Source: Camelus ferus
Taxonomy: Eukaryota
Direction: 5' to 3'
Length of the DNA: 64,000 bases
Assembly: GCF_009834535.1 (NCBI RefSeq)
Contig: NC_045699.1
Coordinates: 10,540,001-10,604,000 of the forward strand
The position numbers and the translations under genes were made by a program. Within the stretch, counting starts at the first letter, position 1. Every line of letters starts with the position of its first letter. Shown piece by piece: positions 24,126 to 36,489 of the stretch. The notes under the pieces were generated by a model, which had not been told where the DNA came from, ran no database searches, and saw nothing but the letters and a program-made list of their open reading frames with translations.

Positions 24126-27100
24126 GTAAGCACCCTACCCATTCCCCTACCATAACCTCTCGTCCCCCAGTGCATCCCCCAGTGCCCTCCCTGCTCCACT
24201 CTCAGCCTCTCCCTCATGGCAGCTGATCTGCCCAGACCCCCTCCTTCCCACTCACCACCAGCCCATGGGGCCCAGAAGAAAGGCTTCTCCTACCTGCTCC
24301 CATAGCCAAGCATGGGCTGGGCCCTTGGGTGAGGGGAGGCTCAGACTGAACTGCTCAACTTAATTCAACTCACTACCTCTCACCCTCTCAGGCTCAGGTC
24401 TCTTTGGGGTGAAATCAAAGCCAAAGCCCTTGCAATGGCCAAGGCCCTGCGTTCCTAGAGCCTGTTTCCTCTCTGACCTTTGCCCACCCGACCCTACTCT
24501 CCTTATTCCAGTCACAGTGACCTCCATTCCTTTGCTTTAAACATGCTCAGAGTCCTTCAGTGACCATTCCCTCTGCGTAAAATGTTCTTCCCGCAGTTAT
24601 CCACACGGCTCATTCTTTCACCTCCTTTCTGTCTTTGCTCAAATGCCACCTTCTCAATGAGGCTTACCCTGATTGCCCTATTCAAAATCACTCCCCACCT
24701 CTCTTTTCCTTAGTCTGTCTTTCCCCATAGGATGTACTACTTTCTAACATACAAACGTCCGTACTTACATTTCATCACTGCCTGTCAGCTCCACGTGAGC
24801 AGGGATGTTTGTCTGCTTGTGCACTCGTGGATACAGAAAATGAATGGGTCCCTTTCTGTGCTGATGACACTGCTGTCTCTGCCCAGGACTCTCTCCTGGG
24901 CTTAGACCTGGTTTCCAAAGACCCACTGGTGTCCCACAGGCAGCTGAGGCCCAATTGAAAACAGCTTTCTCCACCCCTCCAAGCCCACTCCTTCTCCTGT
25001 GGTCTTAGCTCAGTCAAGGACCCTTTTCTCCATTGCTGCTCAAGCCAGAAGTCAAGTCCTTGTCCTTGGTACTTCTGTCCCCTGTGCCTCACATCAAGTC
25101 CCCAGTCTCCTAAAATACCTAAGATGTGCTCACTCCCACCATTCTTTCTACCACCACCCTACTCTCTCACAGCCACTTTAGGCCACCACCTGCCCATTCT
25201 TCAAATGTCTCTGCAGGCCTCACCTCCCACCCCAGGGCTTCTTGCCTCTGATGGTGTTGCCATTAGCCACTTCTTCCACTAGATGAAGCGAACCAAGGGT
25301 GGGCTTTACTTTGTATCCCTTGTGCCTGAGTCATAAGTAGATGCTCAACAAATGTTGAATGGATAAATTCTGGTTAGTAGGTTAAATGGTTGGCCTGACG
25401 TTAGTTGGATAGTTTATAGCTGGTTGGCTGATCAGAAAATTAAATGAGCTGGTTAATAGGAGAGTCAGTGAGTTGGCTAAGTGGCTAGGTTGATTAGCTG
25501 AAGGGTTGGTTGGGGAGTTGTTAGCTATTTAGTTCCGTGGTTAGCAGATATTACTTAGGTAATTATCTGGTTGGCTGTTAGTTTCTTGGTTTGTAGGCTA
25601 GTTTTATTAGATGCCCTTTTATCACTCTATACCCTTCCTCGAGCTCTCTCATCTACGCCGATGGGTCAGATGACCATCTATGATTCGGTGACCTCCAGAT
25701 GTGTATCTCTAAACAAGACCACGTGATCAGTAGCCTCCTTACTGGTCACCACCACCTAACTGTCTACTGGGCTCCTCAAACTCCCCACACCCGGAAGGGG
25801 ACTCCTCACCCTCCTGCCTAATGTAGCTCATTCTGCTGTTCCAGCCAGAGCCTGGGGTCACCCCTGACTCTTCCCTCTCCACTTTCCTCTCTAATAAAAC
25901 ACCATGACTGTCCGTTTGACTGTCTTCCTCTAGTCACCTCCACTGCAACTTCTTGTCTCAAGCTGCCATCACCTCTCAGCCTGTCCATGGTGACGCTTCC
26001 TGATGGCTCACCATGCTTCCACTCCTCTCACTCCAGCCTCCATAGAGGAGGAAGTGCTCCTGCTTAAATCCTCCACCCTGTGACCCTCTGGGTCAAGGTT
26101 AGACTTCCTAATGTGGGTCATGAGGCCGTCTGCATCTCTTGTACCACTTTCCCTCCTCTCTCTGCATCCTTGCAGGATTCCTCTACACATCATTGTCTTA
26201 GCTGCAAGCCTTTGTCCAAGCCGTTCCAATGCTCAGAGCTTTCCGTGGCCTCCCGTGATGCTCCTTCATCTGGCCAGCCTTCTATTCTCGATCTAAATTT
26301 CCCTCCCTCTGGAAGAATCTCCTACTCTCTCCTCTGGGTCATTTGCTGCCCCCCTGCAATCCTCACACTTATAAGTAATTGCTTAGTTAATCGTTTTTCT
26401 TCCTAAGAGCAGGGATCACGCCAGTGGTCTTTACTACAGTGCCTGAGCAGAGTAGGCATAGGAGGCATTCAATAAATCCTTGGTTCATTGACTCCTTGGT
26501 GGTTATTTGTCACTTACTTACTGTGTCCTGCCTGCTGCGTAGTGAGGAGGAAGGGGTCAGGGTTCCACAGCTCTCTGGGTGTCTTTGACTTCCTGCTTTG
26601 TCCACCTTTCCTCTGCCTCTGTGGTACCTTCCCAGGACTGTTCTTAGATCCCTGCCTACCTCAGGCTCTACTTCAGGGCTGAGGAGGCCAGTCATAGGGG
26701 AAAGGTGACCCTTATATGATGCTACATGGGAGCTGCTGCTGGCTGGGAGCCAGAGGACTGTCCAGGCAACTCTACATCCCCCTTCATATGCTCAGCCCTA
26801 GGTTTGTTCCTCTGAAGTCAGGACAGAGCGAGGACAAGGGTGGGTGAGAAATGAACATGAGGTCTCAGCCAGAAAAGTGGAAGGTGTTTTATCCATGCCT
26901 GGTTTACATTTCTTACTCCCTCTGCTTACTCTTTGCTGCTATGAGGCTGGGAAAGTCAGGAAGACTGAGCAGGGTGAGGTAGCTGAGGGACACTCAGCAT
27001 GGAACATGGGGGAGAGTCAGCAGTCTGACAAGCACTAAGGCTGCTTTTAGATGTATCTGCACCCTTCCTCCTCCTCTTTAGCCTGCAGACCCCACCTCCT

Positions 27101-30100
27101 TCCCCAAACTTGAGCCCCATCTCCCCAACTCCCAACAGAAGATAGAGCTTCTAACTTTTTCATCTATCCATCCAGTCATGCACTTATGAAACAAACATTT
27201 ATCGAGCATCTACCACGTGTCAGGCACTGTGGGAAGTTCTGGGGATCTAGTGAAGAGTAAGCCAGATGAACCCTCAGTTTTCATTCATTCGACAATGTAT
27301 ATAGCACATCTGCTACGTGCCCGGAACTGTGCTAAGCACTGAGGATACACTAGGGAGTTGGACCCAGTTCTTCCTTTCCATCCTTCCTCCTCATTATTCA
27401 TTCATTCGTTTGTTCATGCATTCACTCACTCACAAACACCCATTTGTGTTGACCTGGCTGCAGAACCTGGTGTACTTTGCTGACCCTGTCATCTCTGGCA
27501 GAACCTGGTATGTTTCAAGCCTTGGTGCTGTTTATAGAGCCCAGGAGCAGACTTTGCCACACCCTGTTGTTTGCAGAGCCTTGCTATTGCCAGGTCCTGC
27601 CTGATGCCTTGCCTGTGTCCTCAGAGCTCTGGCTCCTGCAGACAGGCAGGCAGACAGACAACTGAGCTCCACTCTCCTGCCTGCTCTCTCCCACCTGCTT
27701 CTCCTGAGCCTTACTGGCACCACAGATGGTGCTTATTGGCTCCGCAGTTGCCCCCCTCTGCAAACTGGCCTCATTGGTGTGCCCTTCCTACTGGTCCAGT
27801 CCCCACCAGCAGGAAGAAGGGGCATGGCCTGGCCGTCTACCCCCAGTCCCTCTCCACATCCCTGTGGCTCTCACGTGTCTCTGACTGCAGCAGTACCAGC
27901 TGCCCTGGGCAAGAAGAGGTGCGTGTGGAGAGGCCACTGGGTTACCCATTAACTCAGCTATGAGTTGAAGGGCTGATGGACAGTCAGTGTGCTTGAGTCT
28001 CATTTCTGCCCATGGGCTTGGGCTGCTGCTTCAGGTCTACCCGCAACTCCAGGATGGTCACTCCACCCACGATAAGAAGGATGCAAGAAATAATGCAGAA
28101 TGAGATGGTGCGAGAGTTCCTAGCCGAGTTCACGAGCACGTTTGTCATGATGGTGAGTGGGTGGGTGGTACAGGGTGGGTGGGCTCTGAGGAAGGGGCCT
28201 CAGGAAGGCACGGCTCAGGAAGGGCAATCTGGGCAAAGCTGGAGGGAAGGGAACCAATTAAGAGGCTGTTGCAATGACCTAGGGTAGAGAGAGTGGTGAC
28301 TGATCCAGGGGTGGAGAAGAAAGCACACGTTTGAGGGAGTGGTAGAAGATGGAACCAAGGAGACCTGTGAGCAGCAGATGTGGAGTGAGCACTGATGGGG
28401 CCATTTCAGAGGCTGCAGCCCAGCACAAGGCAAGGGGAGGTCAGTTTGGATGGGATCAGCTGAGGCGCTGGAGAGAAATCTCAGGGGGGTTGGCTATAGA
28501 GGCCTGGAACTCAAGAGAGTGACTTAGGTTGGAAGTAAAGAGTTCGAGTTCATCAGGATATGAATGGCAGTTATCAAAATTGCCCAATGAGAATGCATAG
28601 AAGGAGAAAAAGAGTAAGTTGAGGACAGGGCCTGAGGTATGAAGAGGAATACACAAAGGGACCTGAGAAGGAGTGGCCAGGGCGGTGGGAGGAGAAGGTG
28701 GGGGGAGAGCAGGTGACAGAAGTGGGGCGTCCACAAGGAGGGAGTGGTTAGCAGTGTGGGGAGCTGTAGACAGGCCAGAGAAGGTGAGCATGGATATCTT
28801 TTTATAGGTTTTGGCAACATGGAGGTTACTGGGGACCTCGGCAAGGGCTCTTTTAGTGGGTGATGAGACAAACCAGATGTGAGTGGGATGTGAGATTTCT
28901 TGGAAACTGCTTCTCCCTCCACCTGTTTCAGCCCTGCCACCTACCCAGCCAGCCTCTGCCCTTTACCTGTGGCCATGCTTGTCTGCACCTTATGAAGGCC
29001 CAGGTCCATGAAAAGAAGGGCCAGCCTCTGGGAAGGGAGGAAAAGGTGGTCAGGAGCACGCCAGACGCAGTGGGGGTGAGATAGGTTGAGTGCGCCTGAG
29101 CGTGTGTGCATGTGTCTGTGCATCGAGCCAGTGTAGGAGACAATGGGATCCACGGAGCCCAGGGGACTCTGGACACTTGGGTTATTACCCTGATCAATCC
29201 TGCCCCTGAGTCACCAGCTGGCCTTGGGCAGAGCTCTCTGTGGCTCAGAGCCTGTTTTCTCAGATATTATTAAGTGTGTTGAATTCGGGCCTTCATGGGC
29301 TTTGGAGCTGGTTTCAGTTCTGGCTCTGCTTTCTTGTAGCTGTATGATCTTTCACAAATATCTTAACTGTTCAGAACTGTTCAGCTTCCTCAGTGGGAAA
29401 TGAGACACTAACATCAAACTGGCTGACTTGTGTGAAGAAGGCCAAGAGCCCGAGACCCAGCACAAGTGTAGGACATACGTGTTGGTCGCTTGTCGATATG
29501 ACAAGTGCTCTCAGTTGTTCTCCCCTCCCTGCCTCTCACCATCTCCTCATCCCCCGTTACCTCCCCTCCTGAGCTTTGACGACAGCACCTGGATCCTGTC
29601 TCGCCTTAATCCGGAGTAAAGTAATTCATTTATGACAAGACATTCCAGCCCCGTGAGGGCTGTTAGACCTTGGAACTGTGAAGGCAGGAGGGTGCCTCCT
29701 CGGAGAGTTCTTAGGAAAAGCAGGCACCGCCCATGTGCATTCATGCCTGCCCACTGCCCACGTTCACATTTCTCTTCTTTTTATTGAGATTATTATTGAG
29801 TACCTACTGCATACCAGGCACTATAATGCTAAGCCCTTAAGGGCAGCATCTTCCCAAATCTTCACAACAGCCCTGTGAAGAAGGTACTATTATTCTCCCC
29901 ATTTCACAGATGAGGAGACTGAGGCTCCATGAGACAAAGTCACTTGCCCAAGGTCACATTTCAAGTTAAGATGAAATCCAGTCCTGTCTATATTAAAGTC
30001 TTGACACTTCATCTCTATGCTCTGTCCCTTAGCTTAGCTGTGGGTTTCTAACTCTCCCCCAGCTGAGGTAAGACTCTCACTTCCAGGCTTTGGGCAGTTC

Positions 30101-33100
30101 AAGACCACTCTTCAGGACTCGGTTTCCCTTGAGAGCACAAACACTTGCCATTCAGAGAACTGAAGGGAAGTAACACGTGTAAAAGAACTTTGTGAGGTTT
30201 AAAGTCACACAGGACATTGTGTTGTTGTTATTTTTAGGTGTCAGGCCTGTGCCAAGAAGTGGGGTTTTTTTCAGCCGATAGGAAGCTCAGTGAGTCATCA
30301 GGGTGACGGCTTCATCAGAAAAGCTAATGTGACCTTGGGCCTCATTTATTGTAGTCACGATGAGGGAAACAGACTGTTCCACTCGGTTCCACTCCAGGGG
30401 TGTCGTCCTCCAGGCTGGGCCTATGGCTAATGGAGGGATCTGGACACGTTGGACCACATTCACTGACCAGAGAAGGGAGGAACTGGGCCACCAGGGCCCT
30501 GGAAAACCTGCTGTAGTTGTGAGTTATAGGGCAGGGGTTGCAAATTCACAAGCTGTTGGGGCCAGAGTCACCTCAGAGTGGTGGGGACTGTGGATCCCTG
30601 CAGAGTGCCGACCTGGGCAAGGACGTGGCTGCCACTACTCTGGCTGACTGTTGCCATGCACTGCGGAACACAGGCCAGTGTTGTCAGAGCTCCTGATTTT
30701 GCAAGAGAAGCTGAAACTTCCACGCGTCGAAACCAAGTTATCCAAACAAAACGTGTGCTGGATGGATTAGGTCCAGGGACTGCCAGTTGGCAACCGTGAC
30801 ACAGGAGATCATGTGGGGTTTATTCATTCACTATTTTTAGTAAGTGGTTTTGAGCTCCTATGTGGACACAGGGACCCTTGGTCTTCAGACCCTCCATGCC
30901 TGCTCCAGTCCTTGCACCTCCTGATCCCCTCAAGACTGTCAGTCTGGCTGGGTCCCACTCGCCACCCTCATGCCCCAGCTGCTCCTGTCCTCCTGCCTAA
31001 TCGTACCCTTGGTCCTAAGCTGGCCCACATCTGGGATCCCTGGCCCTGTCCTGGGGCTCCTGCAGGACCCAGTGGGCCCTGCTCAGCTGCCTCTCCCCTA
31101 CCCTCTCCAGGCTATTTCACTTTTTCTCAGACTTCTCCAAAGCTGCTCTGTACTCTGCTTGCCACTTTTTTTTTAAATCAGCAAACGGCTTGGTCTCCAG
31201 CCTGACAGAATCATCAGGCGGGTTTCCTGTGTCCGGCTCCTCACCCACCAGACCTCACCTCTCTGCGAATCCACATATGTCCCCCTTGGCTCTTGTGGGG
31301 CCCCTCCCTCATGCAGGACCTTCCACGCTTGCGCCTGTGCCCCCACCTCCCCAGCTACTCAGGCTCTTTGCTCGTCCTTTTCTTTCTCCTTTATCTTCAT
31401 CGCCTCCCTCTCTCAATCTTAACACCTTCAAGTCTCTCTCCCTAAACCAGCAGAACATAGAACATTCCTCCCTGTACCTCATGAGTCTCCCTTCATTTGT
31501 CACACTTTCTCTCCCTCCCTTCTCAGGCAGGTTCTCAAAGAGATGTCTGTACTGGTCCCTTCAACTCTTCCTCATCACCTACTCACCTCACACTCCCTGG
31601 GACCTGGCTTCTGTCCCCATGGCCTGATGATGCAGTGCTCACCACGCTACTAGGGGGGTTTCTAGGCCTTCATGCTGGACCCAGAGGCTGCACGTGACCG
31701 TGTGGGCTACACCCTTCTTGGGAAACTGCTTCTCCCTGGCGTCCAGGGTATATTCTCTCTTTGTTCTTCCATTTCAACAGCTGCTCCAGCTGGGGTTTCT
31801 AATGCTCGCCCATAAGGGCTCATGTGCGGCCCTAGGTTCAGCCCTCAGCTGCCTACTCACCTTGCGCCCTCTCCAGGGGTCTTCATCCTCCCCAGTGGCT
31901 TCAACTGTAGCCCTTGTGTCCACAATTCTTTAGGTTTTCGTTTTTCAAAAACTCTAGAACTGTTGTTCAAAGGAAATACAATATGAGCCACATATATATA
32001 ATTTAAAATTTTCTAGCAGTCACATTAAAAAGGTAAAAAGTGACAGGTGGTATTAATTTTAATAGTTATTATATTTAAACCCATATATCTAAAATAGTAC
32101 CAGTTTAACATGTAATCAGTATAAAACTATTAAATCTTCTACATTCTCCTTTTCCTAGTAAGTCTTTAAAACCTTACACTTACAGTAGATCTCAATTCAA
32201 ACTAGCCACATTTTAAATATATAATACCCACATGTGGCTTGTGGCCATCATATTAGATGACACAGATCTAGACTGATTTCCAGCAGTCTGAACATCTAGA
32301 GGTCCCTCAAAGAGAACACATCCAAAACACATAGACCTTTCAGAGGAGGTGCCATCTGAGCATTGCCTTAGAGTAGACTATCAATTTTTTCAGGATCTGG
32401 GTCAGGTATTCCAGATGGAGGGAATGGCATATGCAAAAGCACAGAGGCAGGAGAAAGCGAGGCAGGCAGGGAACACTGTGGTTGTTTGGTCTGAGACTGT
32501 CTGGTATAGGTGACTGCCTAGATTCAAAAACTGGCTTACTGTGTGCAGGATGTGAACTTTGGACAAGCCACTCAACTTCTCTGAGCCTCAGGATCCCATC
32601 TACTAAATGGGGAGAATCATAGTACCTAGTGCACAAGTTGGTATAAGGGTTAAAGGAGGTGATAGAACTTGCTTACCTGTACCTGACACATACTAAGTGC
32701 TCAATAAATGCTTATCATTATTTAGTGGTAATACTATTGCTGGACATAGAGAACACTGGAGCAGATAGGAAACTGAGAGGTAGAAAGCACGAAATTATAA
32801 AGGGTCTTAAAGTGGTGGCCTACTGAGTTGGGACTTTATCCCAGAAGTGGAAGGGAGCCAGTGAATTTCTGAACAAAAGGCAGACATGATCAGATTTTTG
32901 TGTTAGGTCACTCTGGCTGCAAGGAGGAGACTGGGTAAGATCTGGGGAGAATGTAAGCAGAGCTGATTGGGTGTGGAGGAGGAGGGAGAGGACATCTAAG
33001 CTTCCGGCTTGGCCAAACGGGATGGGGAACATGGGATGAGGATCACATTATCTGAGAGATGGTGAGCTTTCAACATAGAGCCTGGGATGCCTGGGGAACA

Positions 33101-36100
33101 CGGAGACTTCCAGTGGGTATTTGGAAATAGGAATCTGGCCCCCAGGTGGAGGTTTTGGGAATTAGTGCATCAGGTATATTTGAAGTCATAGCCCTGGTAA
33201 GAAAACCCAGGAATAGTGACAGGAGTGAGATGTGAAAGGGGCTAGGGGTGGAACCCTGGGATCATCTGTGTTTATGAGGCAGATAAAGGAAGAAGAACGT
33301 GGGAAGGAACTGTGGAGAGGGGGAGGCTACAGAGGACACCAGGAGAGAGAGATGTCATGGAGGCCAAAGAGAAGGGACTTTCCTGAAGCACAGAGTGGTT
33401 AGGAGGGTGAAAGTCAGCAAAGTCAAGTGAGATGATGTCTGAAGGGACCTCAGGGAATCAGAGAGCTTGGGTGTCCATGACAGGTGGAAGCAGAAGCCAG
33501 GCTAAGAAGGGAGGGCAAGGGAAGGGATAAGGGAGCCAGCCAGCGGGTCCTTCCCAGAGACTGACTGACATTGGGAGGGGGCATCCAGGAGTCCACAGCT
33601 GGACAGGGAGCCCAGGCTAAGGCGGGAAGCTTTACTTTTAGGAAGGAAGAGACTTGAGTCTATGGGAGCCAGTCAAGGGGAGGGTAGAAGATGCAGGCAA
33701 GAGGCAGGCCTCTGCAGAAGGAGAAAGAGGCGGGCGCAGGAGCCAGAGCTGAAGGGGAAGGCAGATTTAGATGCAGGTGGGTGTTGGTGGCTGGGGGAGG
33801 TTGAGTGAGGGCCTCCTGTCAGGCCTCTAAGCTTCCTGTGAAGAGGATCAGTGAGAGGGGTCATCTGAGGAGGTCCAGCAGTTAGGGAGGGGCAAGAGCT
33901 AGGCGTTCAGGAGTGACACTGAAGGGCAGTGGAATTGTTGCTGAGGACAGAAGTAGAACCCCTCTGGCTTCCAGAGCTGATGTGGCAGGGTGGGGGTGGG
34001 GGTGCTGGCAGTGAGGGTTGAGGGGTCATGGCCAAGTCCAGACATGAGGTTTGGAGATCCCTTGAAGAAACTTCCTTCAGGCTAGGCTGAAGTGTGAGAT
34101 GCTCTGAGGAGTTCAACCCACACCAGCCCTGCCCTCCTGGAAGCCCTGCCTCCTCCTGGAACTTCAGGTGGGCTTGGGGCCCAGGGGCCTGATGTGTCCA
34201 TAAGAGCCCTGAGAGCCATAAGGCCTTGGCAGGGGCCAGGGGAGAGGTCATGAGGAGGGAAGTCTCTGGAGGAGGAGAGCATGGCAGATGGTCTCCAAGG
34301 GCAGTGCTGGGGAGGCCGAGTGCATGAGGGTGCAGAGCCCCAGCTGAGCTCCAAGCCTGCCTCTAGGGTTGGGGTTTCTGGGTGGGCAGCCCCTCAGAGG
34401 CCCTCTCTCACAGGTGTTTGGTCTTGGTGCCGTGGCCCACATGGTTCTAGGAGATAAAATGGGGAGCTACCTCGGTGTCAACTTGGGTTTTGGCTTCGGA
34501 GTCACCATGGGAATGCATTTGGCAGGGAACATCTCTGGTGAGTGGGCCAGGCCCCGCCTGACAGGCAAGGCCAGTGTTCCCTTTGGGTTCCTCCTGCCCC
34601 CTCAGCCAGCCCCTTCTCCCAGACAACTGACACTTTGCCCTCAGAGGTCACCTGGAGGGAGAACACCCTGAGCCCCCTTCCTCTGCCCAGATGCTTCACG
34701 AGCTTCTTTGACTCACGATTTTTACCAGCTGGGTCAACTTGGGGAAGCAATTTAACTTCTCCATCCCTCACTTCCCTTAAGAGTGAAATGGACAATGGTG
34801 GTCCCTGCCCCATGGGGTCCTTGTGAGGACTGAGTGAGCAAGTGCACTCCATAAATGCTAGCCATTATTATTACTGTTGTTGCTCTTGTACTACTGATCA
34901 CTGCTGTCTGTTTCTACCCCGACACGACACGCTTGCCCCTCCCGGCAGGGGCTCACATGAATGCAGCCTTGACCTTCACCAGCTGCGCACTAGGCCGCAT
35001 GGCCTGGAAGAAGTTTCCCGTGTACGTTCTGGGTCAGTTCCTGGGTTCCTTCCTGGCTGCTGCCACCATCTACCTCCTCTTCTACAGTGAGTGTCCTGCC
35101 CTGAGTTGTCCACTCTGGCCTCAGCCTCCTCCCCTGAAACATGGGCAGATCTGACCTCAGTGTCTGAGCCTTGTGAAAACGTTTGGGAGACAAGGGTCTT
35201 GGAGGTCCTCCCCACCCTCCATCCTACCACATCTCTGGGACTGTGGTGGGGTTTAGCTGGGGGCAGGTTCACACTCAGTTTGTGTCTCCACAGCCTCCAT
35301 CATCCAATACTCGGAGGGAAAGCTGGCAGTGACCGGACCTACAGCCACTGCTAACATTTTTGCTACCTACCTTCCTGACCACATGTCGTTGTGGAGGGGC
35401 TTCCTGGATGAGGTCAGTGGTCCAGGGTGGGTGACCCTCCTCAAGCTCCACCCCCCAGGAAGGGGCCAGCAGGCAGCCCCTCATGATGGAAAGGACAAGA
35501 ACTCTGGATGGGGACTGTAGCAAGACATGTCACTGCCAGTGGGTTTGGGCTGGGGGCACTGCTGAGGCCCCGTGGCTTGGCTAGGGGCCCCCGGTGGCTG
35601 CCACGATGTCTGCTCCCTAGGTGATAGTGACGGGGATGCTTCAGCTGTGTCTCTCAGCCATCACGGACAAGGGGAACAACCCACCACTGCAAGGGACACA
35701 GGCCATAGTGACAGGCATCCTTGTTGTCATCATTGGAGTGTCCATGGGCATGAACTCAGGATATGCCATCAACCCATCCCGGGACCTGCCTCCCCGCTTC
35801 TTCACCTACGTTGCTGGCTGGGGCATACAGGTCTTCAGGTACTGCCTTGCCCAGCCCATTCTTGCAAGTTTTCTGTGGGTTCCCTGCATGTGGAGGGGTG
35901 GAGCAATCCAGGAGGGTCCTGTAGAGCTCCCAATGGCTTGGGGAGGCAGGAGTGTATCCTGACTTTCTTCCAGACCAGCACTGATGCAGACCCGGCTCCT
36001 GGACAGAATGTCACCCCTGCCCCAGACCTGCTCCTGTCCCTGAATCAGGCTGAAACTCACCAGGGCTCAGGCGCAGGGGAAACTTCTGAACTAAGACGAG

Positions 36101-36489
36101 GGTTACTCTTCTACTCTCAGGCCCTACTCCCTGTCTTGGCCTGAGGTGGATGTAGGTGCCACATTAGGTGTCAGCCCCTAAACAGGCCTCTGCCTCTTGC
36201 CTGCAGGGCCAAGGACTGGTGGTGGGTGCCAGTGGTGGCACCACCCCTGGGTGCCTACTTAGGTGCCATCATCTACGCAGTCTTCATTGGCTCCAGCACC
36301 CCACGGGAGCCCCAGATACTGGAGAACACCACGTCATATGAAGACCGCAGAACACCTGTGTTGCCCGCGACCATGCCTCAATTACCTGTGACCTCTTCCC
36401 TCACCCCCATCTCTGTATCGCCTGACAACAGACCTTCAGTCCAGGCTGCCCCACCCTTAAGAGACTCCATCCACCTAGAGCACCTCTAA
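24100..36489 (+). CDS. AQP7: Aquaporin-7 (aquaglyceroporin), spliced CDS join(24100..24125,28035..28152,34414..34537,34949..35086,35294..35412,35621..35838,36207..36489), 341 aa
   Basis: Exon sizes 26/118/124/138/119/218/283 sum to 1026 nt, with one open frame and GT-AG introns. Motifs SGAHMNAA and GYAINPSRD are the AQP7-specific NAA/NPS variants. N-terminal RRST and C-terminal PPLRDSIHLEHL are present. Confidence 0.97.
24395..24850 (+). mobile_element. L2 3' fragment
   Basis: TTGCTCAAATGCCACCTTCTCAATGAGGCTTACCCTGA and CAGCTCCACGTGAGCAGGGA are typical L2 3' segments. Confidence 0.7.
28035..28152 (+). CDS. AQP7: AQP7 exon 3 (STRNSRMV...VREFLAEFTSTFVMM)
   Basis: TTCAG| acceptor and ATG|GTGAGT donor; encodes the TM1 motif REFLAEF. 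Confidence 0.96.
29800..30010 (+). mobile_element. MIR
   Basis: Core CCCCATTTCACAGATGAGGAGACTGAGGCT...ACTTGCCCAAGGTCACA. Confidence 0.8.
31960..32266. mobile_element. MER33-like hAT-Charlie element
   Basis: GAGCCACATATATATAATTTAAAATTTTCTAGCAGTCACATT body, with TCTAGA target sites on both sides. Confidence 0.75.
32650..33500 (-). mobile_element. L2 fragment(s)
   Basis: Purine-rich reverse L2 signature (GGGAGCCAGTGAATTTCTGAAC...GATCAGATTT...TCACTCTGGCTGC). Confidence 0.6.
34414..34537 (+). CDS. AQP7: AQP7 exon 4 (VFGLGAVAHMVLG...LAGNISG)
   Basis: CACAG| acceptor and G|GTGAGT donor; encodes TM2 GVNLGFGFGVTMG. Confidence 0.96.
34949..35086 (+). CDS. AQP7: AQP7 exon 5 (GAHMNAALTF...YLLFY)
   Basis: GGCAG| acceptor and A|GTGAGT donor; encodes the loop B NAA motif. 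Confidence 0.97.
35294..35412 (+). CDS. AQP7: AQP7 exon 6 (SIIQYSEGK...FATYLPDHMSLWRGFLDE)
   Basis: CACAG| acceptor and GAG|GTCAGT donor; encodes the aquaglyceroporin loop C motif IFATYLP. Confidence 0.96.
35621..35838 (+). CDS. AQP7: AQP7 exon 7 (VIVTGMLQLCL...GYAINPSRDLPPRFF...QVF)
   Basis: CCTAG| acceptor and AG|GTACTG donor; encodes the loop E NPS-R-D motif. Confidence 0.97.
36207..36489 (+). CDS. AQP7: AQP7 exon 8 (AKDWWWVPVVAPPLGAYLG...EHL*)
   Basis: TGCAG| acceptor; encodes the TM6 WWWVP/GxxxG motif; TAA at 36487-36489. Confidence 0.96.

Noticed and set aside
34964-34972. Non-canonical NAA (and NPS in exon 7) in place of NPA
   Set aside because: This is the normal, well-known AQP7 signature, not a novelty or a sign of pseudogenisation.
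35572-36144. 190-aa alternative-frame ORF over AQP7 exon 7
   Set aside because: A by-product of GC-rich coding sequence; it runs across introns and resembles no known protein.
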